A stretch of DNA of 64,000 bases from Malacoraja senta (taxonomy: Eukaryota). Positions 1 through 9,695 of the stretch are shown here, piece by piece. Position numbers and translations under genes: made by a program. Under the pieces are notes generated by a model. It searched no databases. It was not told where the DNA came from and worked only from the letters and a program-made list of their open reading frames with translations. The number at the start of each line of letters is the position of its first letter. Within the stretch, counting starts at the first letter, position 1. The stretch is from positions 1,738,001 to 1,802,000 of the forward strand of contig CM075995.1 in NCBI GenBank assembly GCA_038087875.1, written 5' to 3'.

Positions 1-818
1 TTGCACTTTACCAGTTTATTTATTCATGTGTGTATTTACGTATATAATGGTATATGGACACACTGATCCGTTTTGTAGTCAATGCCTACTATGTTCTGTT
101 GTGCTGAAGCAAAGCAAGAATTTCATTGTACTGTCAGGGACACATGACAATAAACTCTCTTGACTTGACTCTTGACTCTTGATCTACCACAGCGACTCCT
201 CCACTATCTGGGACATATGACAATAAACCATTCTTGACTCTTCACTCTTAAGTCAGGGGGAGAGGGAAATCAAGAGGTATGTATATGTACAAAGTGCGTA
301 TAAATATGCTCTTTGTACATTTCCATACCTCTAGATTCCCTCTCCCCCTGACTCGCAATCTGAAGAAGGGTCTCGACCCAAAACATCACCCATTCCTTCT
401 CTCCAGAGATACTCTTCGTACAGTCTTACATCCTGAAACCTAATAAACATTGATGAAAGGGATTAGATCTGTAGCTTTCAAACTGCGAGGTTCAAGCTTG
501 CTTATTTGTATTGTAAGGTAACTGGGTATTTAATAAAACAACTGACTTTTAGCACAGGCAATCTAGACAATTTGCTCAATTCATTCAGTGGAAAGTAATG
601 GCTTGTCATCATGCTAAATCTAACAGCCTTGTTAGATAAAAAGGAATTACCCTGAAACAAATGTAAATATTAACTAAAGCTTGTGAGTTTTTGGAATATC
701 CTCAGATAATCAATCTGTTCTCCTGGGATGCTGCCTGACCCGCTGAGTTACTCCAGCATTTTGTGTCCTTATGTGTATTAACCATCATGTGCTGTTCTTT
801 GTTTAAATTACATACAAT

Positions 819-967
819 GATAGACACAAAGAGCCAGTCTGAAGAAGGGTCTCAACCCGATACGTCACCCATTCCTTCTCTCCAGAGATGCTGCCTGTCC
901 TGCTGAGTTACTCCAGCTTTTAGTGTCTATCTTCGGTTTAGATTGGCATCTGCAGTCCCTTCCTACA
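819..967 (+). mobile_element. Miniature Penelope pLTR fold-back insertion with hammerhead-like motif
   Basis: Short inverted stub (gatagacacaaa) joined to a forward pLTR (cagtctgaagaagggtctcaacccg...ttcctacaca). Flanked by the direct repeat catacaatga at 811-820 and 968-977. Confidence 0.7.
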
Positions 968-1169
968 CATACAATGATAATACCTTACACATTATAGTGG
1001 ACAAATGGCAACAATCCAGCACTTTATGGCCTTTCTTAGAATAATCAATAGTTGTCCTCCCCACCTTCTATTTCTCTGCAACTTAAAAATTATTTTTTTC
1101 CAATCTTTTTCCAGTTCCGATAGTGGTTATCTTGAAATGCGACGTCTGTTTAGCCCTTTACAGAGTAGT

Positions 1170-1505
1170 TTACCTTGGTTTAGTTTAGTTTAGTTTAGTT
1201 TGGTTTGGTTTAGTTCAGTTCAGTTAAGAGAAACAGTGTGGAAACAGGCCATTCGGCCACCGAGTCCGTGCCGACCAATAATCACCTGTACACGAGTTCT
1301 GTCCTGCACACTAGGGACAATTTAGACAAGCCAATTAACCTACAAACCTGAACTTCTTGGGAATGTGGGAGGAAACCGGAGCACCCAGAGAAAACCCGTT
1401 CAGTCATAGGAAGAACGAACAAACTATGTCCAGACAGCACCCATGGTCAGGATCGAACCCGGGTCTCTGGTACTGTAAGGCTGCAACTCTACTGCTGGCC
1501 CGTGT
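1170..1505 (-). mobile_element. tRNA-derived SINE (HE1/V-SINE-like)
   Basis: Minus-strand tRNA-like head (gacccgggttcgatcc B box), central domain shared with many other copies in the window, and a (TAAAC)n tail. Confidence 0.75.
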
Positions 1506-1649
1506 GCCGAGCAGGTTCAGAATTTTCTGAATGATTTCAGATTTCCAATGGTATTCTGCGGTATTTATTTTTTGCAACGTAGGTTACTAATTCAACTTCC
1601 CATGAAAAATCCCAGCCACTGGTCTAGATTGGACCTGATCTAGACTGGT

Positions 1650-2700
1650 CTAGAGTGAGTGTGGAGAGGATGTTTCCACTGGTGGGAGAGTCTAGGACCA
1701 GAGGTCATCGCCTCAGAATGAAAGGGCGCCCTTTTATAACCATATAACAATTACAGCACGGAAACAGGCCATCTCGGCCCTTCTAGTCCGTGCCGAACAC
1801 TTACTCTCACCTAGTCCCATCTACCTGCACGCAGACCATAACCCTCCTTTCCTTTGGAGGAGGTGTGGAGGAACTTCTTTAGCCAGAGGGTAGTTAATCT
1901 GTGGAACTCATTGTCACAGAGGGCTGTGGAGGCCAAGTCAGTGGATATATTTAAGATCGACAAATTCTTGATTAGAACTGGTGTCAAGTGGGTTAATAAC
2001 TGGAAAAAAGCTAATTCTAAAATTTTGGAAGAAGGCTCCAATACCAACTATAAATATGTGGATTTCAAATATGTTCGAAACATTACACCTAGAAGAGATA
2101 AGACTCCTCCTAGCAGGTAAACCAGATCACTTCCACCTGACGTGGTCTGCATTTATAGAATTATTACAAACATAGGGTGCAAAAGTACTTAAAAAAAAAA
2201 AATTGAGGTCAGGTAAGGGGGGATGATAGTTGAAGAGTTGGTATGTCCCATTTACGTAATGCTCATAAAAATATTTGTTTCTCTCTTTTTCCTCTTTCTC
2301 TTTCTCTTTCTTTCCTAGGGTCTATTTCTTAACTCTTTTCCTTTTGTTTTTAATTTTGCTCTTATAGAGTCTTCGTCCTTTTTTGTTGTCACATTTCCTA
2401 CACTTCCACTTTTTCCTTCACTTTCTTCTTTCTTTCAATCTTTTCCTTTTCTAGTGTAAAAAATAAATGGAGTACATTAATTGTAAGAAGATATAAGTGA
2501 CGAGTACTAATGTATGTGGTTGTAATGTAATGTACTTCTAATAAATAAAAATTTAAAAAAAAAAGAACTGGTGTCAAGTGTTATGGTGGAGAAGGCAGGA
2601 AAATGGGATTAAGAGTCAGCGATCAGCCATGATTGGATGGCAGAGTGGACTCGATGGGCCGAATGGCCTAATTCTACTATAACTTGTGGATGTGAACTTG
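1650..2700 (+). mobile_element. CR1-type LINE 3' fragment, interrupted by other insertions
   Basis: Translates to the CR1 C-terminal motif FFSQRVVNLWNSL. The CR1 3' UTR resumes after 2580. Confidence 0.75.
1991..2563 (+). mobile_element. 5'-truncated L1-clade LINE insertion
   Basis: ORF2-like C-terminus (KKLILKFWKK...W...L..E), T-rich 3' UTR, AATAAA and poly(A). 17-bp TSD agaactggtgtcaagtg at 1974-1990 and 2564-2580. Confidence 0.75.
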
Positions 2701-3430
2701 TGGTCTCAGCTCTGTGAATGTTCATACTGGGCCCCCTCTGCCAGATTATAGTCGATGCCCAGCTGGCGTTGAGAAGGAACATAAGGTATTTGCAAATTGG
2801 TCAAAGCTTCCCGTGACTGAAGGACACTGCAGAGATTAGCTTTATGTGTATGCGCGTTCCTGCCACAGGTTTGATTTTATTTCAGTCGTGTCCTTTTTAT
2901 AGGTTTATTAATAGAGGCAGATTAAAAAAACAGAATGTTGATCATCGAGCCATAATCATACAGCGTTGGAAACAGACCCTTCGGCCCAACTTTCCTACAC
3001 CAACCAACATAGAGTCATAGTCATAAAGCGTGGAAACAGGCCCTTTGGCCCAACTTGCCCACACCGATCAACCTGTCCCATCCACCCTAGCCACACGTAC
3101 CCACATTTGGACCTATCCTATTCATGTACCTGTCCAGGTGTCTCTTAAATGTCATCATAGCACCTGCCTTAACGTCCTCAAAGCTGTACAGATTTGTAGG
3201 TGAATTGGCGTCAGTAAAATTGTAAATTGTCCCTGGTTTGTGTAGGATAGTGTTTGTGTGTGTGGGGATCGCTGGATGGCAAGGACTCGGTGGGCCGAAG
3301 GGCCTGTTTCCGCGCTGTATCTCTGAACTAAACTAAACAAAAGTGAAGTTAAATGGTAAATTTGGAAACAAAAAGTAGAATGTGGCTCTCCATACTTGTA
3401 CTGTTTACACCCTGCAATCCAGAATAATAC

Positions 3431-3849
3431 GGAGGAAGGAACTGCAGATGCTGCTTTAAGGGCCTGTCCCACCTGGCGATTTTGAACATTTCAAAATTCA
3501 GCGGCGACACTTGAATAAACGGCGCGCGTCGTATGTCGTCACGCCGCGTCACCACCGCATCACGCCGTGTCATGCCGCATCACGCCGCTAATTTTTCAGT
3601 GACCTGATACGTCAGTCAATGATGCCGGCAGTCGCCGAAAAATCGCCAAGTGGGACAGGCCCTTTACACCGAAGATAGACACAAAATGCTGGAGTAACTA
3701 AGCGGGCCAAGCATCATCTTTGGAGAGAAGGAATGGGTGACGTTTCGGGTCAAGACACTGAGACTGAAGTAGGGTCTCGACCCGAAACGTCACCCATTCC
3801 TTCAATCCAGAGATGCTGCCTGAGTTACTCCAGCATTTTGTGTCTATCT
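3431..3849. mobile_element. Penelope pLTR fold-back (inverted pair), interrupted by a MITE
   Basis: A minus-strand pLTR with tail meets a plus-strand pLTR at the hammerhead motif (about 3750-3795). Degenerate TSD ccagaataatac/ccaggataatgc. Confidence 0.7.
3459..3663. mobile_element. PIF/Harbinger-type MITE
   Basis: TIRs agggcctgtccca...tgggacaggccct with TTA on both sides. Removing it restores the pLTR sequence tttacaccgaag. Confidence 0.8.
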
Positions 3850-4289
3850 CCAGGATAATGCATCATGTTTTTAAGTGATGTGTTCCTGTCATGAAACAGC
3901 GGTGCATCATCGGGTAGACTATGAAATGTAACAAGACTCTTTCGACAGCACCACCGTAAAAAATCTTAAGTGTGCTATGAAATTCCTCTTAGTCGTGCTT
4001 CTTCAACGGACTTCAAGTGTCATGTTAGAATTTATATGCCTCTGTTAAACAGAAATGGAAAAAAATGTCATGTTAGAATTTACGTCCTCTGCCGAAGATA
4101 AATGTGAAAAAAAAATCAAAAAAATCCCTTCACAAACAGACAGTTCAACAGAATCTACAGTCCAATAATTCACCCTTGTGTGAACCGCCTCCACTTAAAT
4201 CCTCCATCAACAACAGACTAACATTCTGACACTAATGAGAACACACGCTAATGTTTTAGCAGAGTTGCACTGGAATGTCAGTTAGACCA

Positions 4290-4670
4290 ATGAACTGGTA
4301 GTGGACTTTGGAAGAGGAAGGATGAGGACCCACAATCCTGTTTATATCAACGGATGATGGTGGAGAGAGTCAAAAACTTCAAATTCCTGGGCGTGCGTAT
4401 TTCTGAAGATCTTTCCTGGGCCAAGCACACTGATGTAACGATAACGAAAGCACATCAACTTCCTGAGAAGATTATGGAGATTTGTTATGTCAGAGAGGAT
4501 TCTCTTGAACTTCTGCAGGTGCACAGTAGAGAGCATATTGACTGGTTGCATCGCGGCCTGGTTCGGCAACTCGAATGCTCCGGGAACGAAGAAGACTGCA
4601 AAAAGTTTGTGAACACTTCCCAGTCCATCAACGGCTCCGACCTCCCCACCATCGAAGGGATTTACCAGAG
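4290..4670 (+). mobile_element. Decayed Rex1/Babar-like LINE RT 3' fragment
   Basis: ELVVDF..., VERVKNFKFLGVRISEDLSW motif. Similar to the element at 36880-38660. Confidence 0.65.
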
Positions 4671-5455
4671 TCAGATCTCTTTAGGTCAGCCACTTTAAAC
4701 AGACACAAACCATGCACGGAACATTGGCGCAGAGGTAGATGGGGGTTCGATCCTCACTACTGTCAATAGACAATAGGCAATGGGTGCAGGAGTAGGCCAT
4801 TCGGCCCTTCCAGCCAACACTGCTATTCAATGTGATCATGGCTGATCATCCCCAATCAGTACCCCGTTCCTGCCTTCTGTACGGAGTTTGTATGTTCTCC
4901 CTGTGAACTGCGGGGTTTTCTCCAGGAGCTCTGGTTTCCTCCCACACTCCAAGGACAAACAGGTTTATAGGTTAATTGGCTTGGTAACATTATAAATTAT
5001 CCCAGGTATGTGTAGGATGGTGTTGGTGTGTGGAGATTGCTGGTTGGTGCGGACTCGGAGGGCGGAAGGGGCCAGTTTCTGCACAGTATCTCTAAACTTA
5101 ACTAAACTAAGCAGGTATGTGTGAGTCTTTAATGAGTCTAATGATGGTATTGGGATAGGCTGTTATCACTGCTGGCCCACTCCTACATACATTCTCGAGC
5201 AGTGTAGTACACTGGGCCAGAGGCTTGGTACAACATTTAAACTAAAGGGGCCTCTGTGAGGTGGCGACAAAGAAGGGTGGGGACAAAGTACGGGTGTCAA
5301 AGGTTATGTGGAGAAGGCTGGAGAATGGGGTTAGGAGGGAGAGATAGATCAGCCATGATTGAATGGCAGAGTAGACTTGATGGACTGAATGGCCTAATTC
5401 TGCTCCTATCACTTATGACCTTATAGAAACATAGAAACATAGAAACATAGACTTA

Positions 5456-5773
5456 AGGGCCTGTCCCCACAGCACGAGCTAATTCAAGAGTTCTCCCGAG
5501 TTTCCCCTGATTCGAACTCGGAGAATTACGGTAATAGCCGCTCGTAGGTACTCGGGGCTCTCGTGGACATTTATCAACATGTTGACAAATCTTCACGAGT
5601 CTTCACGAGCTTACCGCGTTCCCCGAGTACCTGCCGTTAGCGTTACGAGCCGCTAAGAGACGTCCCCGAGCTCCGATGTACCCGCAACGTACATTCTACG
5701 TGCTTACCACGAGTTTGATTTTTTTTAAACTCGGGAGAGCTCTTGAATTACCTCGTACAGTGGGACAGGCCCT
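5456..5773. mobile_element. PIF/Harbinger-type MITE
   Basis: Same TIR family, with TTA at 5453-5455 and 5774-5776. Confidence 0.8.
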
Positions 5774-6113
5774 TTAAGGGATGAGCACTTTTCGTAACTT
5801 TGTCGGCACTTTTGAGGTGACTCTTTTGTGAACCATGTACTGAATTTCTGAACCTTGTACTGAATAGTTTAAACTGTACCTAGCTGGGTAAAAGTGACAA
5901 TAAAGTATCATCATGATCATTATCATCATCAATCATGTTTTTGCGTTCTCCATGATATTAACTTCATGGTAAGACCCAGTTCTGAATTGGTCAGGGTCTG
6001 AATGGCAACAGGATACTAGGCTGGTCAGAACAACAGAAATAACAAAATTAATAGCTGGAGATCTCCCATCTGTGGCTCTGCCAGATGAGTTTGAGTTTAG
6101 TTTATTGTCATGT

Positions 6114-6629
6114 GTTCACGAGATTGATCCCTAGGTTCACGAGATTGATCCCTGGGATGGCGGGACTGTCATATGAGGATAGATTGAAAAGACCAGGCTT
6201 GTATTCACTGGAGTTTAGTAGGATGAGGGGGGATCTTATAGAAACATATAAAATTATAAAAGGACTGGACAAGCTAGATGCAGGAAAAATGTTCCCAATG
6301 TTGGGCGAGTCCAGAACCAGGGGCCACAGTCTTAGAATAAAGGGGAGGCCATTTAAGACTGAGGTGAGAAAAAAACGTTTTCACCCAGAGAGTTGTGAAT
6401 TTGTGGAATTCCCTGCCACAGAGGGCAGTGGAGGCCAAATCACTGGATGGATTTAAGAGAGAGTTAGATAGAGCTCTAGGGGCTAGTGGAATCAAGGGAT
6501 ATGGGGAGAAGACAGGCACGGGTTATTGATTTGGGACGATAAGCCATGATCACAATGAATGGCGGTGCTGGCTCGAAGGGCCGAATGGCCTCCTCCTGCA
6601 CCTATTTTCTATGTTTCTATGTTTCTATG
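6114..6629 (+). mobile_element. CR1 LINE 3' fragment
   Basis: RFTRLIPGMAGLSYEDRL...LEFSRMRGDLIETYKII motif, CR1 3' UTR and (TTTCTATG)n tail. Confidence 0.85.
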
Positions 6630-6759
6630 TGTACCGAGGTACAGTGAAAAGCTTTTATTGCATGCTATCCAGTCAGCAGAAAGACAAAACATGATTACAA
6701 TCGGACCATCCACAGTGTACTGAAGGGACAGAACGATGAAGGGAGTGACGTGAAAAAGT

Positions 6760-7172
6760 CAAAGTCAAACTCACATTTATTCGTCACATACACCAACGAA
6801 GGTGCAATGAAATGAATTTGCCAGCAGCGATACACTTAAAAAAATAACACACAATACATAATAGAATTTAACACAAACATCCACCACAACATTCTTCACT
6901 GTGGTGGACGGCAACAAAGTTCAGTCAGTCCTCTTCCTTTGTTCATCCGTGGTTGGGGCCATAAACCCTCCGTAGTCGCCTCTACGGACGGACGGATGTA
7001 CAGGCCCTCTCGACGGGATGATCAAAACTCCGACGTCGGGGCGATCAAACACACTCCACGGCTTGGAGCGCCCGAATCAGCACCTTCCTACCGGAGACCG
7101 CGGCTTCAGGATGTTATAGGCCGCAGGCCGGCGGTCGGAGCTCTTCACCCGCGATCCCCGGCAAGGGATCAC
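6760..7172 (-). mobile_element. Unclassified GC-rich retroposon-like repeat (also about 17000-17850, 47695-48000, 52005-52315)
   Basis: Shared blocks catccaccaca...cactgtg, gttcacccgtggtcgggg and ccgcagtcgcc. On the minus strand it ends in AATAAA followed by short tandem units. Confidence 0.55.
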
Positions 7173-7676
7173 AGGTATGAATAGTTTAAAGCAGCGTTTC
7201 CCCGGAACACTGGGGTTCTGCGAGAGGTCGCCAGGGGTTCCGAGCGAAATAGTGATAAAAATGGGCTAATCGCATTTATCTGCAATTTTGAGTCATTTTT
7301 TGTGTTTAATTTCATATTCGTAATTTTATTAATCACGTACGGCATAGTTAGCGACGTCATATTTCGTGACGTCTATACGGCGCCAGCGTGAAACGGCCTT
7401 TAGTGGTCAGTGGACAGGAAATATATTATGTTGTTAAAGAAGGAACTGCAGATGCTGGAAAATCGAAGGTACACAAAAATGCTGGAGAAACTCAGCGGGT
7501 GCAGCAGCATCTATGGAGCGAAGGAAATAGGTAACGTTTCGGGCCGAAACCCTTCTTCAGACTGATAGGGGGTGGGGAGAAGAAAGGAAAAAAGGAAAAG
7601 GAGGAGGAGGAGCCCGAGGGTGGGGGGAGGGGAGGAGACAACCAGATGGCTGATGAAGGGGAGGGGACAGCCAGGG

Positions 7677-9695
7677 CTAGCAGAATTGGGAGAATTCAAC
7701 GTTCAGGCCACCAGGGTGTAGACTGCCCAAGCGGAATATGAGGTGCATTTCCTCCAATTTACGGTGTTGCTCGCTGTGGCCATGGAGGAGACCCAGGACA
7801 GAGAGGTCAGATACGGAATGGGAGGGGGAGTTGAAGTGCTGAGCCACCGGGAGTTCAGGTTGGTTATTGCGGACCGACCGGAGGTGTTCGGCGAAACGAT
7901 CGCCAAGCCTCCGCTTGGTCTCACCGATGTAGATCAGCTGGCATCTAGAGCAGCGAATGCAATAGATGAGGTTGGAGGAGATGCAGGTGAACCTCTGTCG
8001 CACCTGGAACGACTGCTTGGGTCCTTGAATGGAGTGGAGGGGGGAGGTGAAGGGACAAGTGTTGCATCTCTTGCGGTTGCAAGGGAAAGTACCAGGGGAG
8101 GGGGTGGTATGGGAGGGAAGGGAAGAATTGACAAGGGAGTTACGGAGGGAGCGGTCTTTGCGGAAGGCAGACATAGGGGGAGATGGGAAGATGTGGCGAG
8201 TGGTGGGGTCACGTTGGAGGTGGCGAAACTGACGGAGGATCACTTGTTGTATGTGACGGCTGGTGGGGTGAAAGGTGAGGACTAGGGGGACTCTGCCTTT
8301 GTTGTGAGTGGGGGGATGGGGAGAGAGAGCAGTGTTGCGGGGTATGGCAGAGACCCTGGTGCGAGCCTCATCTATGGTGGAGGAGGGGAACCCCCGTTCC
8401 CTGAAGAATGAGGACATTTCAGATGCCCTGGTGTGGAACGCCTCATCCTGGGAGCAGATGCGGCGTAGACGGAGGAATTGGGAGTGGGGGATGGAGTCCT
8501 TACAGGAAGCAGGGTGGGAAGAAGTGTAGTCCAGATAGCCATGGGAGTCGGTAGGTTTGTAGTGGATGTCGGTAAGGAGTCTATCACCTGCGATGGAGAT
8601 AGTGAGGTCAAGGAATGGTAGGGAAGTGTCGGAAATGGTCCAGGTGTATTTAAGTGCCGGATGGAAGTTGGTGGTGAAGCGGATGAAGTCAGTCAGTTGT
8701 GTGTGGGTGCAGGATGTGGCACCAAAACAATCATCGATGTAGCGGAGGTAGAGGTCGGGGATGGGGCCCTGGTACGCATTGAACAGGGATTGTTCTACGT
8801 ACCCGACAAAGAGGCAGGCGTAGCTGGGGCCCATGCGTGTGCCCATAGCTACGCCTTGTATTTGGAGGAAATGGGAGGAGTCGAATGAAAAGTTATTAAG
8901 TGTAAGTACCAGCTCCGCTAGGCGGAGGAGGGTGTCAGTGGCCGGGTATAGATTGCTTCTCCGGTCGAGGAAAAAACGGAGGGCTTTGAGACCATCCTGG
9001 TGGGGGATGGAGGTGTACAGTGACTGGACGTCCATGGTGAAGATGAGGGGGTGAGGGCCTAGAGAGTGGAATGCGCGGAGATGACGGAGAGTGTCTGAGG
9101 TGTCTTGAACATAGGTGGGGAGGGATTTAACCAAGGGGGATAGTATGGAGTCGAGGTAGGTGGAGATGAGTTCGGTGGGGCAAGAACAGGCAGAGACAAT
9201 GGGTCTACCGGGACAGTCAGGTTTGTGGATTTTGGGGAGAAGGTAAAAGCGGGCTGTGCGGGGCTGGGGAACGATGAGGTTGGAGGCTCGTTCGGGCAGG
9301 GCGTGGGAGTGGATGAAGTTGGTGATGGTGCTGGAGATGGTGGCCTGGTGCTCGTCAGTGGGGTCATGGTCCAGGGGTAAGTAGGAAGAGGTGTCCGAGA
9401 GTTGGCGCGTGGCCTCAGCTTTGTAGAGGTCGACGCGCCAGACTACCACGGCACCTCCCTTGTCGGCGGGTTTGATAACCCAATCTAGGTTGTTGCGGAG
9501 TGATACCACAGCCACATCTGCTTCCTCGGGGCATGCCTGCGCCTCCATCTCATACCTCATGGCTTCCAGCTCCAGTTCCCTACTTCCCAGTTCGGACCTC
9601 AGCCGGACTATCGGTACCGACTGGCTATCTACCGGCATACCCAACAATTCTCCACCCGGGCACTGAGATCCACACTGACTGCGATGCGCCGGCAT
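7677..9695 (-). CDS. Inverted PLE arm ORF: RT plus GIY-YIG endonuclease fused to 64 antisense-derived N-terminal codons
   Basis: From SLRNNLDWVIKPADKGG onward the translation is identical to the plus-strand ORF. The N-terminus is the antisense of 9504-9695. Confidence 0.5.
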   Translation of the reverse strand: MPAHRSQCGSQCPGGELLGMPVDSQSVPIVRLRSELGSRELELEAMRYEMEAQACPEEADVAVVSLRNNLDWVIKPADKGGAVVVWRVDLYKAEATRQLSDTSSYLPLDHDPTDEHQATISSTITNFIHSHALPERASNLIVPQPRTARFYLLPKIHKPDCPGRPIVSACSCPTELISTYLDSILSPLVKSLPTYVQDTSDTLRHLRAFHSLGPHPLIFTMDVQSLYTSIPHQDGLKALRFFLDRRSNLYPATDTLLRLAELVLTLNNFSFDSSHFLQIQGVAMGTRMGPSYACLFVGYVEQSLFNAYQGPIPDLYLRYIDDCFGATSCTHTQLTDFIRFTTNFHPALKYTWTISDTSLPFLDLTISIAGDRLLTDIHYKPTDSHGYLDYTSSHPASCKDSIPHSQFLRLRRICSQDEAFHTRASEMSSFFRERGFPSSTIDEARTRVSAIPRNTALSPHPPTHNKGRVPLVLTFHPTSRHIQQVILRQFRHLQRDPTTRHIFPSPPMSAFRKDRSLRNSLVNSSLPSHTTPSPGTFPCNRKRCNTCPFTSPLHSIQGPKQSFQVRQRFTCISSNLIYCIRCSRCQLIYIGETKRRLGDRFAEHLRSVRNNQPELPVAQHFNSPSHSVSDLSVLGLLHGHSEQHRKLEEMHLIFRLGSLHPGGLNVEFSQFC

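Noticed and set aside
7433..9503. Inverted arm as a chimeric-read or assembly palindrome
   Set aside because: The whole structure is bounded by a 17-bp TSD, the host hAT MITE resumes correctly on both sides, and the arm has a 34-nt tail absent from the other arm but present in the independent copy near 24765-24798.
9501..9503. In-frame TGA upstream of the PLE ORF as selenocysteine or read-through
   Set aside because: The TGA is the last three bases of the inverted arm and is created by the junction, so it is not part of the native ORF.
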